A stretch of DNA of 64,000 bases from Candidatus Micrarchaeota archaeon (GCA_027365175.1 DAHXNY010000001.1:51052-115051), one strand, 5' to 3'; shown: positions 1 to 8,887, counted from the first letter of the stretch. Translations and numbers: made by a program. The notes: generated by a model not told the origin, from the letters alone.

Positions 1-43
1 ATAAGGTTTATTAATTTGGACTTTATCTTGGTATATTGTTGAT

Positions 44-259
44 ATGAACACTGCGATAGCTGAAAAGAGCGCTTATGAAGCAGGTGCGGCTGAAAAGGCG
101 ATTGCAGAAGGCCACGTTAGTAGAAGAGACCATGCATACGGAAAGGCGGTCAGGAAAGCGAGAGTATGGTCCAGCCTCGGCCAGCTGATTGAAGCGCAGA
201 AGAACGGAGCAATAAGACGTGAAGTGGTAAACTCTTTCTTCAGTGCCAAAAGGGATTGA
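44..259 (+). CDS. hypothetical small protein (71 aa)
   Basis: ATG-started ORF in the 284-nt gap before convergent metG. An A/T-rich TATA-like tttattaa lies at 7-14. No family recognised. The antisense ORF 73..351 is judged less likely. Confidence 0.35.
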   Translation: MNTAIAEKSAYEAGAAEKAIAEGHVSRRDHAYGKAVRKARVWSSLGQLIEAQKNGAIRREVVNSFFSAKRD

Positions 260-284
260 TCGTTAAGGCATATGCGGAAAGGTT

Positions 285-1736
285 TCAGTCTACTCTGATG
301 AATAGAGGGGAGCCTTTCTTCGGCAGATAGCCTATTTTTGAGAATCTGCAATCCTCCAGCCTGCCTAATGGTATTCCCAACTGTTTGCTTATTTTCTCTG
401 CAGTCTCAGGCATGAATGGAGAAATCAATATAGATATTACCCTGCATGCTTCCACCGAATTGTATAGAGCATTTGAGAGCGCCTCTCCCTCAAGCTCCCA
501 AGGCTTGGTATCGTTTATGTACTTGTTAGAGGCTTTTATGAACCTCCATACTGTTTCCAGGGCCTTGTAGGTATCATATCGGTCCATCTCCTCCTGGAAG
601 GTCTTTAGTTCGAGGCTCTTTTCGAGCTCCGGCCTTCCTTCCAGCTTGCCTCCGGACTTCTCAGTCATTGTGAGTACCCTGTATACAAGGTTGCCGAGGT
701 CCGAGGCAAGTTCATTGTTGTTTCTTGCTTTGAGCAGCTGCTCTGAAAAATCGCCATCGTCTCCTAAAGGCATCTCCCTCATGAGGAAGTACCTGAGTGC
801 GTCTACGGAATATTTGTCTACGAGCTCCAGAGGATCAGTAACGTTTCCAAGAGACTTGGACATCTTCCTTCCTTCAACGATATAATGCCCTGTCACCAGT
901 ACTGACTTTGGAGGCTTGAAGCCTGCGGACATGAGCATGGCTGGCCATATGACAGCATGGAACCACATTATGTCCTTGCCTACAATATGTATGTCTGCGG
1001 GCCAGTACTTCGGCTCGGAGTCCGGCCAGCCTAGAGCGGAGAGGTAATTGATAAGCGCATCTACCCACACGTATACCGTGTGCTTCTCGTTGAATGTGAA
1101 GGGTATCCCCCACTTTACTGAAGGTCTGGTCATGCTTAGGTCTTTAAGCCCTTCCTTAACCCTGTTAACTATCTCCAGGGTTCTCTTCCTTGGAAGTATG
1201 AAATCCGGATTTTCAGAATAGTACTCAAGGAGCCTGTCCTGGTATCTGGAGAGCCTGAAGTAGTAGGTCTCTTCCTTAAGCTTCTTTACCTCCCTTCCAC
1301 ATTCTGGGCATTTCCCATCTATAAGCTGTGATTCTGGAATGAAGGTCTCATCGGGAGTGCAGTACCAACCCTCGTATACCCCTTCATATATGTCTCCGTT
1401 GTCATGCATCAGCTTGACAAAGTGCCTGACAGCTTTTTCGTGGCGCAACTCTGTTGTCCTTATGAAATCGTTGTTTGATATGTTAAGCTTCTTCCATGCT
1501 TTCCGGAAGCTTTCCGAAAGCTGATCCACATGCTCCTGCGGAGAGAGACCATTCTCCTGAGCCTTCTTTGCCACCTTCTCCCCATGCTCATCAGTGCCTG
1601 TAAGGAAGAATGTGTCATCGCCTTTTAGCCTGTGCCACCTTGCCAGTACATCCGCTACGGTGACAGCGTACGCATGGCCTATATGCGGCTTCCCGTTCAG
1701 ATAGAATATTGGCGTGGTTACGTAGAATCTCGGCAT
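285..1736 (-). CDS. metG: methionyl-tRNA synthetase (short form)
   Basis: Class I signature PHIGHAY near the N-terminus, KMSKS motif (RKMSKSLGN) and a CPECG zinc knuckle. The overall MetRS pattern holds over 483 aa. Confidence 0.95.
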   Translation of the reverse strand: MPRFYVTTPIFYLNGKPHIGHAYAVTVADVLARWHRLKGDDTFFLTGTDEHGEKVAKKAQENGLSPQEHVDQLSESFRKAWKKLNISNNDFIRTTELRHEKAVRHFVKLMHDNGDIYEGVYEGWYCTPDETFIPESQLIDGKCPECGREVKKLKEETYYFRLSRYQDRLLEYYSENPDFILPRKRTLEIVNRVKEGLKDLSMTRPSVKWGIPFTFNEKHTVYVWVDALINYLSALGWPDSEPKYWPADIHIVGKDIMWFHAVIWPAMLMSAGFKPPKSVLVTGHYIVEGRKMSKSLGNVTDPLELVDKYSVDALRYFLMREMPLGDDGDFSEQLLKARNNNELASDLGNLVYRVLTMTEKSGGKLEGRPELEKSLELKTFQEEMDRYDTYKALETVWRFIKASNKYINDTKPWELEGEALSNALYNSVEACRVISILISPFMPETAEKISKQLGIPLGRLEDCRFSKIGYLPKKGSPLFIRVD

Positions 1737-1809
1737 GTTGATACGAATCTAATTATACACTCAGTTATAAAGCGTTTCCTTCGGAAAGAGCACTTTTTGC
1801 ACATATCGA

Positions 1810-1828
1810 TGAATAGTGGAACTGCACC
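1810..1828 (+). repeat. exact 19-mer TGAATAGTGGAACTGCACC (copy of 50640-50658) in the metG-mcm divergent intergenic region
   Basis: Identical 19 nt at both loci. It ends 64 nt upstream of the mcm ATG and lies upstream of a ttatataaaa TATA-like element. Confidence 0.8.
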
Positions 1829-1892
1829 GGTAAGCGTAGTTAGTTATATAAAATATCGACATTGAGTTATACTTAGTCAGGGGGCTGATTTT

Positions 1893-3950
1893 ATGGACGT
1901 TATAGAAAAGGAGCAGATAGAGGAGAAGTTCCTTGAGTTTTACAATTCCTATTATATTGACGGGATAAACGAACTGTATCTAGAGTATCCTGAGAGGAGG
2001 AGCATAGACATTGACATAGGCAACCTTGAGAAGTTCGATATTGACCTGGCTACAGAACTCGTAAATGATCCTGATTCGATTCTGCCTGTTGCAAATTCTG
2101 CACTCGCTAAGCTGAATCCGCATGAAAAGGCGAAGGAGCAGGCGCATGCAAGATTCTTCGGGTCTAGCATAGATGCGCCTTTGATACAGAATGTCGGTTC
2201 TGAGTACATAGGCCGTATGATAACCGTGGATTCTTTGGTTGTCAAGAGGTCTGAGATAATACCTAAGATAAGTTTCGCAACCTACAAGTGCATGTTCTGC
2301 GACACTGTAGTAAAGGAGCAGATAACGAAGGAGGAGGTTCCTGAAGTCTGCCCTCAGTGCAAGAGGAAGGCGCTGAAGCAGATAAACAAGGAGTCGGAAT
2401 TCATAAACATGCAGAGGATTGCAGTTCAGGACCCGCTTGAGAAGCTGAAGGGCTCTACTCCAACATGGCAGCTTGAGGTATGGCTTGCGGATGATCTTGT
2501 CAACACCGTTCTTCCTGGAGACAGGGTGGAGATAACGGGCGTTCTGAGGATAAGGCCCAGGCGCGCGTTCCGTGGAAAGGAGGATAAGCTGCTCTTCACT
2601 GTTTTCTTTGAAGCCAACGCGATAATACATAAACAGAAGGAGTTTGCAGAGCTTGACATAACGGATGATGATGAGAGGCAGATAATAGAGCTTTCAAAGG
2701 ACCCGAGGATATTTGAGAAGATTGCAGAATCCATAGCCCCTTCCATATACGGACATGATGATATAAAGAAGGCTCTTGCTCTCCAGCTGTTTGGGGGCAC
2801 TCCGGACAAGCAGCTGATAGACGGAGGAATGATAAGGAACGATATACACATATTGCTCATAGGAGATCCTGGAAGCGCGAAGACAAGACTGCTGCAGGCT
2901 GTGACTAGCCTTGTGCCTAAAGGAATATATGTCAGCGGAAAGTCTACAAGCGCTGCAGGACTCACCGCATCCGCAGAGCGTGATGAGTTCTCTGAAGGCG
3001 GCTGGACGCTCAAGGCAGGTGCTCTGGTATTAGGATCCGGGGGAGAGGTCAGCATAGACGAATTCGACAAGATAGGAGAGGATGACAAATCCGCTCTCCA
3101 CGAAGCCCTGGAATCACAGACGATAAGCGTTGCTAAGGCAGGAATAGTAGCAAGATTCTCTGCGAAGACTTCGGTGCTTGCTGCTGCGAACCCAAAGTAC
3201 GGAAGATTTGAGACTACGGCTTATCCCGTTGACCAGTTCAACATACCTGCGCCGCTCATGTCAAGATTCGACCTGATATTCCCGATAAAGGACGTTATGG
3301 ACGAGGAGCAGGACAAGAAGATAGCAAAGCATATACTCATGCAGCATGAAGTTGCGGGAAATTCAAATGCAGGCATAACGATTGCGTTTGATGAGCTTAA
3401 GAAACCGCCCATGGACCATGAAATTCTTAGAAAGTACATAGCTTATGCAAAGAGGCACGTAAAGCCGAGGCTGACTCCTGATGCGTCTGCAAGGATAGAG
3501 GATTTCTACATACAGCTTAGGTCCAGAGGTGCGAAACAGGGCACTACTCCGATAACTGCAAGGCAGATAGAGGGACTGATAAGGCTTGCAGAGGCAAGTG
3601 CAAAATCCAAGCTTATAGACACGGTATCTGATAAGGATGCAGAATTATCAATAAAGCTGTTTGATTATATGCTGAGCACATTGGGAGTCGATAGCGAGGG
3701 CAGGAGGGACATAGACGTCATAATGGGCATACCTAAGGAGAAGGTGGCGAAGATTGGAAAGCTCCTCAACGTTATAAAGAAGATTGATGCGGAGGAGAAC
3801 GGGGCAAGGATGGTAAGGATCCTTGAAGAGGCAGAGAAGGAAGGTATCGACCGTTCCACAACAACCAGATATATGGCAGAGCTTGAGCGTTCAGGGGATA
3901 TCTACTCTCCTAAACAGGGAGTATATAAGCTTGTAAAGCGTGAGGAGTAG
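1893..3950 (+). CDS. mcm: MCM replicative helicase
   Basis: Zn finger CMFCDT..CPQCKRK, Walker A GDPGSAKT, Walker B SIDEFDK, SRFD arginine-finger region and a C-terminal wHTH. 685 aa with no intein. Confidence 0.95.
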   Translation: MDVIEKEQIEEKFLEFYNSYYIDGINELYLEYPERRSIDIDIGNLEKFDIDLATELVNDPDSILPVANSALAKLNPHEKAKEQAHARFFGSSIDAPLIQNVGSEYIGRMITVDSLVVKRSEIIPKISFATYKCMFCDTVVKEQITKEEVPEVCPQCKRKALKQINKESEFINMQRIAVQDPLEKLKGSTPTWQLEVWLADDLVNTVLPGDRVEITGVLRIRPRRAFRGKEDKLLFTVFFEANAIIHKQKEFAELDITDDDERQIIELSKDPRIFEKIAESIAPSIYGHDDIKKALALQLFGGTPDKQLIDGGMIRNDIHILLIGDPGSAKTRLLQAVTSLVPKGIYVSGKSTSAAGLTASAERDEFSEGGWTLKAGALVLGSGGEVSIDEFDKIGEDDKSALHEALESQTISVAKAGIVARFSAKTSVLAAANPKYGRFETTAYPVDQFNIPAPLMSRFDLIFPIKDVMDEEQDKKIAKHILMQHEVAGNSNAGITIAFDELKKPPMDHEILRKYIAYAKRHVKPRLTPDASARIEDFYIQLRSRGAKQGTTPITARQIEGLIRLAEASAKSKLIDTVSDKDAELSIKLFDYMLSTLGVDSEGRRDIDVIMGIPKEKVAKIGKLLNVIKKIDAEENGARMVRILEEAEKEGIDRSTTTRYMAELERSGDIYSPKQGVYKLVKREE

Positions 3951-4011
3951 TGGTGTTTGACTGGAGAGAAGAATAGGTTATAGGCAGCTGATAGAGATCA
4001 TAACGCTCTTC

Positions 4012-5154
4012 ATGATAGTGCAGTTCTTCGGTCTCTTCATAGCAGTCTTTTCGCTCAATCCCGTGCAGACCGCTGTGATTTCAAGCAATACCAGCTCAGC
4101 CCTGAGCAGCCCTTATTTACAGGCAGCTTATGATGTAGTATCGATAGCAGTATTCACAATACTGATACTTGCAATACTACGGCTCTATAAGAACAAGGGT
4201 GCACTGCTCTTCAGGCTCGTCGAATCTTTCGCTGTTGGCTTCGGAACCATAGTTATGTTCTTCTTCATACTTACAACCATTTTCTACAATGTGAATGCCG
4301 TCTATACTGCTGCCGTTGCCGTATTGTTCGGTGCAATAGTGGTTATAGCAAAAAACAGAGTAAAGCATTTGAGGAATTTTGCTGCCCTCACTTCGAGCAT
4401 AGGCCTTGGGATAATAATAGGCAACTACGGCTTCGTTCTTGCATACGCCTTCATGTTCATAATGGCAATGTACGATTACATAGCCGTGTTTGTCACGAAG
4501 CACATGCTGGTCCTTGCGAAAGCTGCGTCTAATGAGAATCTCTCCCTGCTCATAGGCTCTTCCAATGTAGAGGTCGTGCCCAGGGCGCAGGCGGACAAGA
4601 AGATGCTTGCAGAGCTCAGGAATGAGGTTAAGAAGAATCAGATAAAGGATCCTATCATAAAGGAGGTGATAGACTCCGGAGAGATGCCTGTCCTGTCTCA
4701 GATACAGCTTGGTGCCGGCGACCTTACGCTTCCGCTCGTCATGTCGATTGGATTGTTTGTGTCTACAGCTTACTTCTCGGTCCCTGCCGGAAGCACAGCA
4801 ACAATAAACGTATACTACCTGCCTGTTGTTGCTGCTTTGGGGGCAGTTGCAGGGCTTATCTTTACAATGTGGCTCCTGAAAAGGTATTCGGTTGCGCTTC
4901 CTGCAATCCCGCCGCTCTTCGCAGTGATGAACTTTTTCATAGGGTTCGGAATGCTGGCTTACCCGAGGCCTGCAAATTTCCTGATAGGAATAGGCATACA
5001 TCAGGGTTCCCATATTGGCTATTATATGATAGCCGCGGGGATGATAGTCGTCGGCGCAGCCTTCCTGCTCCTCATGATGGTCACACTGGAAAGGAACAGG
5101 AATAGACAGAAGTCTGCTAAGACGTCAAAAGGCAAAACTAGACAAAAGTCTTAA
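4012..5154 (+). CDS. presenilin/signal-peptide-peptidase-like intramembrane aspartyl protease (A22 family homologue)
   Basis: Polytopic membrane protein. It has a YD motif (MAMYDYIAV) and a GxGD motif (LGAGDLTLP) separated by a charged loop, plus a PAL-like ALPAIPP near the C-terminus. Confidence 0.65.
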   Translation: MIVQFFGLFIAVFSLNPVQTAVISSNTSSALSSPYLQAAYDVVSIAVFTILILAILRLYKNKGALLFRLVESFAVGFGTIVMFFFILTTIFYNVNAVYTAAVAVLFGAIVVIAKNRVKHLRNFAALTSSIGLGIIIGNYGFVLAYAFMFIMAMYDYIAVFVTKHMLVLAKAASNENLSLLIGSSNVEVVPRAQADKKMLAELRNEVKKNQIKDPIIKEVIDSGEMPVLSQIQLGAGDLTLPLVMSIGLFVSTAYFSVPAGSTATINVYYLPVVAALGAVAGLIFTMWLLKRYSVALPAIPPLFAVMNFFIGFGMLAYPRPANFLIGIGIHQGSHIGYYMIAAGMIVVGAAFLLLMMVTLERNRNRQKSAKTSKGKTRQKS

Positions 5155-5308
5155 ATATCTGATTCTTATCTAGTGTTCTTTGTTTGTTATGAAAAGTTTT
5201 TGCAGAGATAGCCGTTACCTGTACGCTATGTGCAGGATTTTAGCTATATTTGCCTGAGATAAAAGCGGTTGCGCTTTTGTTTTGTAAAAATATGATTGAT
5301 TAGAGTAT

Positions 5309-6685
5309 GTGCCTGGTGTTTCATTGGAGAAACAATTAAAAGAGATTTATGAACGTTGTTTTGACAAACGTGGCGAGAATAGGTTAAAGATCTCCCTAGA
5401 TCTCCCCATAGTAAGAACGAATGCGTATCACTTTGGAGAAGCTGCAAGAATAATCGATATGACAAACCTGATAAGGGAGATAGGAGCGGACAGTTCGTGG
5501 AATGTGTCTCCGAAAGGCTTTTTTGCGTCTAAGAGTTTTGATGGCAAGGAGACAAAGGTAGGTTCCAACTTCAGGAGCAGCGTGCTTGAGGTAAAGTTGC
5601 CTTTGGCAGCGAATCTGCATGAGACTGAGAGAATGTTGGTAGATGTATGGAACCACATAGCCAAGACTTCTGAAACTGCAAAGGTAGCGGCATTGGCATA
5701 TGGGAGCCAGCCATTATCAAAGGCTGATGATGACCTGATAATAAGGAATTGCAAGAACCGCGTCCTTGCCAGTAAATTGAATGACAGATTCTGCTATCTG
5801 GGGTTGATTGCGTCGGAAAAGGTGCACGTGAGGACAAATACCGAGGAGATGCCGATAGTTAATAATGTCCTGAATTATTACTCACCGGCTATAATCTCGC
5901 TTACTGCAAATTCTTCCATAATAAAGGGCAGGGGAGTAGGCTTTGCCGATTATAGAGGCGTGGTTATGGATATGGTAGACTTCCACGGTAAGGAAAAGAG
6001 GAAGGCGAACGCGTCCCGAAGGGGAATAATGCAGCCGGTTGGAAGCGTTGAGGAGTATGTCGATATGATGCTCAATGTCACTCCTTTGTATACTGTCAGG
6101 CAGGGAAGGATAGTCTCATTCAATGGCATAGGAATGTTCAAAGAGTTCATAAACAACGGAAGTATAGATGTTGTATTCGTAGACAGCAATGAGAAGATAA
6201 AGACCTCTCCGATTATCTCGCCTGTTCCTGTTGATTTCTTTTACCACGAACGCACCTGCTGGACAGATGCAAGACCAAGAGGCATGCATGGAACTGTGGA
6301 ATTGAATTCGGTTAGCATGCAGAGTAGCATAAAGGAGATTATGGCAGTTGGTGCGCTGACTTTGGGGCTGGCTGCGAACTCCAAGGAGGCATGGGAAGAC
6401 ATACGCAGGTATGACAAGGGATATCTGAGCTCATTGAGAAGGGAGGCTATGGAAAAAGGGGTTTCGTTAGGCATGTCAGGTTGCAGAGGCGTGGCTACGC
6501 TTGAATCGGTAATGTTGGATTACGCAGGCAGGGGATTGGAGATGATTGGAGAGGATGCAGGATACCTAGAACCTCTGCGCAGGAACCTGGAAGAGGCGAA
6601 GAGCCCTGCCAGAAGGAGCCTCGACTATTTATCTAAGAATGGCATGAAGGCGTTCATAGAAGCTGTAAGGATCAAGGAGGAGTGA
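5309..6685 (+). CDS. glutamate-cysteine ligase family 2-like carboxylate-amine ligase (tentative)
   Basis: The central stretch EKVHVRT...SPAIISLTANSSIIKGRGVGFADYRG resembles the GCS2/YbdK pattern (HVHvg...P.llALsAnSPf..G.dtG..s.R). GTG start. The assignment is from memory of the family pattern only. Confidence 0.4.
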   Translation: MPGVSLEKQLKEIYERCFDKRGENRLKISLDLPIVRTNAYHFGEAARIIDMTNLIREIGADSSWNVSPKGFFASKSFDGKETKVGSNFRSSVLEVKLPLAANLHETERMLVDVWNHIAKTSETAKVAALAYGSQPLSKADDDLIIRNCKNRVLASKLNDRFCYLGLIASEKVHVRTNTEEMPIVNNVLNYYSPAIISLTANSSIIKGRGVGFADYRGVVMDMVDFHGKEKRKANASRRGIMQPVGSVEEYVDMMLNVTPLYTVRQGRIVSFNGIGMFKEFINNGSIDVVFVDSNEKIKTSPIISPVPVDFFYHERTCWTDARPRGMHGTVELNSVSMQSSIKEIMAVGALTLGLAANSKEAWEDIRRYDKGYLSSLRREAMEKGVSLGMSGCRGVATLESVMLDYAGRGLEMIGEDAGYLEPLRRNLEEAKSPARRSLDYLSKNGMKAFIEAVRIKEE

Positions 6686-7286
6686 GAAGGTGTGCAGGTA
6701 TAGCTGCTGCCCCTACGACTCCTGCCAGTACGCTTGCGGCAAAAAGGGCGAGCCAGAATAGTATGAGCAGTATCTCCCAGCCCATCCATACGTTTTTCTG
6801 CAGACCTGGAAGCCTGTCGACTATTAATGACACCGGGTAACCGAGTATGCCTGCTGCTCCGTAGAAGAAGTACATTGCAAAAAGTGCTATTGGTTCCTGT
6901 GTGAGGCCTATCCCGTATCCCTCTATACCGTAAGCTATGACTATCAATCCTATCATGAGGCTGAGGAAGCCTGCATATTCAAGCTTTGTCTTCAGCCTTA
7001 TCGCCAGTGAAAATGAGATGAGAAGTATGCTGAATGCTACAAGCGGGTCGTAGAAGAGGATATTGTAGCTTCCAGGGAGCGGCCATGTGAATTGGCCCCA
7101 TAGGCCTGTGATGAACATGAATGCGCCCAGAATAGCCAATGGAATGCTTGCACTGTCAAGGTATTCTGAGAAATCTTTGCGCTTCCTTTTGTATACGAAG
7201 TACATTGAGCTTATGGCATATAAGAGCATGAATCCTGCCATGCTTATCGCAAACAGCGAGAATGCAAGATTGTCTATGAACGCCAT
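6672..7286 (-). CDS. integral membrane protein, unknown function
   Basis: 204-aa ORF with about 6 hydrophobic helices. It overlaps the previous gene convergently by 14 nt. Confidence 0.6.
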   Translation of the reverse strand: MAFIDNLAFSLFAISMAGFMLLYAISSMYFVYKRKRKDFSEYLDSASIPLAILGAFMFITGLWGQFTWPLPGSYNILFYDPLVAFSILLISFSLAIRLKTKLEYAGFLSLMIGLIVIAYGIEGYGIGLTQEPIALFAMYFFYGAAGILGYPVSLIVDRLPGLQKNVWMGWEILLILFWLALFAASVLAGVVGAAAIPAHLLTPP

Positions 7287-7340
7287 GAGTTAAATTCATT
7301 TGCAAGATTTTTAAATGCTCATTAATTTATAACTTGGGAA

Positions 7341-8009
7341 TTATGGCATCTTCTTTCTGAAGACCTCTATGAATGTGCGGACATTCGTCAGATTGCCCTT
7401 TCCCAGGTATTCCTCGACTTTGGAGAGCTGGGTATCTGCCTTTTGATGCAGCTCACTCAGATCCGCTGCATTTATTCCTGTGACAGCTATCCCTTTTTTG
7501 GTTCCGGATATCCTTACCTTAGGCAGTTTGATGCAACCGCTTTCCATGACTCCTAAGATCACCGGGGCTACCCTGTCAGGAGGATGCTGCGCATTAAGCA
7601 GGTATCTTCTTCCGAAGTTCTTTGCCATGCTGTCATTATGCACGTCCACTGAGAGAGGATAAGGTATTGCTATCTTTCTCACGTATACGTTTTTCTCTAT
7701 GTTTTCCACCTTTCCCAGAATAAGGTCGCCAGTATCCGTGAAGTTGTCGTTGAAGTTGTAATAATCCGATTTTAGAGGGCAGATTCCGCTCACGTAGAAC
7801 CATGAATCTTTCAACTCTTCTTTGAGCTTTGCATGCTTGTCGATTTTCAGGAAGGCGTCCTGGTAGTTGATAAGATGCAGGCCTTTTTCCTGCATATGCG
7901 CTACAGCAGCCTTAAGATTCGCATGTATATTTGCTATGAAGATGCCTGTTCCGGCAAACTCCTTGAATTCTATGTTTGTTCCTTCATTTTTGTGTATGAG
8001 ATGTTCCAT
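7341..8009 (-). CDS. hypothetical protein, tandem paralog A (222 aa)
   Basis: Clear similarity to the next ORF: INYQDAFLKI..LKDSWFYVSG versus ITYKEALVNI..LKGTWFYIAN, and FGRRYLL..VAPVILGV versus SGRRFTI..VAPVILGI. No known domain recognised. Confidence 0.6.
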   Translation of the reverse strand: MEHLIHKNEGTNIEFKEFAGTGIFIANIHANLKAAVAHMQEKGLHLINYQDAFLKIDKHAKLKEELKDSWFYVSGICPLKSDYYNFNDNFTDTGDLILGKVENIEKNVYVRKIAIPYPLSVDVHNDSMAKNFGRRYLLNAQHPPDRVAPVILGVMESGCIKLPKVRISGTKKGIAVTGINAADLSELHQKADTQLSKVEEYLGKGNLTNVRTFIEVFRKKMP

Positions 8010-8058
8010 AAAGTCTGCCTTCTATTATTACTCTGATTGTATAGAACACACGGTGCGT

Positions 8059-8607
8059 TCAGGCCCTGACTATCTTCTTTATTGCATTCTGATTGCCTGA
8101 ATCTGCCTGTGCAAAAGCTGCATTTTCTCTTAGAGGCAATGTTACAGTGCTCCTTGGACGTATGCCCAGAATCACCGGTGCCACATATATCCCCGGCAGG
8201 CCTGCATCTATTGTGAAGCGTCTGCCGCTTTCCCTTGTATCCTCATCGTTATTTATTATTATTGAGAGTGGCTTTTCTCCGAACCATGCATACAGATTCC
8301 TCTCAGGATCGCGTGTGCCATGGGTAAGCTTACCGCGCTTGTTGAAAAAGTAATGATTTACAAGCCTGTGGCCTTCCGGATCGTTTGCTATGTAGAACCA
8401 CGTGCCTTTTAACTGCCCCAATAGATTAGAGTCCTGGCTTATGTTTACCAGAGCTTCCTTGTAGGTTATAGGGCGCAACTCTTTTTCCTTCAGAAGCTCC
8501 ATAGACATTTTATAATCCGAATTTGCATGCCCAAAAAGGACCACGGTATTTGCAGGTTCTGCGAAGTCTATGGAAAACGTATACATCGGCAGGGTTTTGA
8601 GTGCCAT
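8059..8607 (-). CDS. hypothetical protein, tandem paralog B (182 aa)
   Basis: Paralog of 7341..8009 (see the shared motifs there). It lacks the ~40-aa C-terminal tail of paralog A. Confidence 0.6.
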   Translation of the reverse strand: MALKTLPMYTFSIDFAEPANTVVLFGHANSDYKMSMELLKEKELRPITYKEALVNISQDSNLLGQLKGTWFYIANDPEGHRLVNHYFFNKRGKLTHGTRDPERNLYAWFGEKPLSIIINNDEDTRESGRRFTIDAGLPGIYVAPVILGIRPRSTVTLPLRENAAFAQADSGNQNAIKKIVRA

Positions 8608-8795
8608 AAAATCGTATCTGAATGGAATTATGATGATATAAAAGGCTTTTCTTCTGTATTAGACGAATGCGAAGGATTATTTATATTGAATGCCATAATA
8701 AGTTTTGCCCGTAACTGACCGTGGAAATGTTTGTGGAAAATTCGGATACGTGCTGGCAGTCAAGGAGTATGCCTTAACAGTTGATGGAAGAATGA

Positions 8796-8887
8796 TGGGC
8801 CCGAGGAGATTTGAACTCCTGACCTACGGCTAACTTAGGCTTGCGCCGTATAAGACCGCCGCTCTGACCAGGCTGAGCTACGAGCCC
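8796..8887 (-). tRNA. tRNA-Ile(UAU) with a 17-nt canonical (37/38) intron
   Basis: Hand-folded cloverleaf: acceptor GGGCTCG/CGGGCCC, D arm GCTC..GAGC, T arm AGGAG-TTCAAAT-CTCCT, anticodon loop CT-TAT-A|intron|A. The intron (8832-8848) forms a bulge-helix-bulge with central helix CTTA/TAAG, 3-nt bulges TAC and TTA, and an inner stem GGC-GCAA-GCC. The body is close to typical archaeal tRNA-Ile. No CCA is encoded. Confidence 0.85.

Noticed and set aside
1980-2630. Long antisense ORFs listed in the track inside strongly supported genes. Examples: 1980..2630 and 2426..3088 in mcm, 4177..5013, 23251..24274 and 24228..25118 in the rpo genes, 58606..59504 in lhr, and 28958..29437 in the permease.
   Set aside because: Each lies entirely opposite a gene with clear family motifs. 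Their translations are low-complexity or Cys/Arg/Leu-rich with no family resemblance. This is typical shadow-ORF behaviour.
8630-8718. Possible C/D box sRNA: ATGATGA at 8630-8636 and CTGA at 8715-8718.
   Set aside because: The boxes are 89 nt apart, which is long for archaeal C/D sRNAs. There are no convincing C'/D' boxes at 12-nt guide spacing and no terminal stem.
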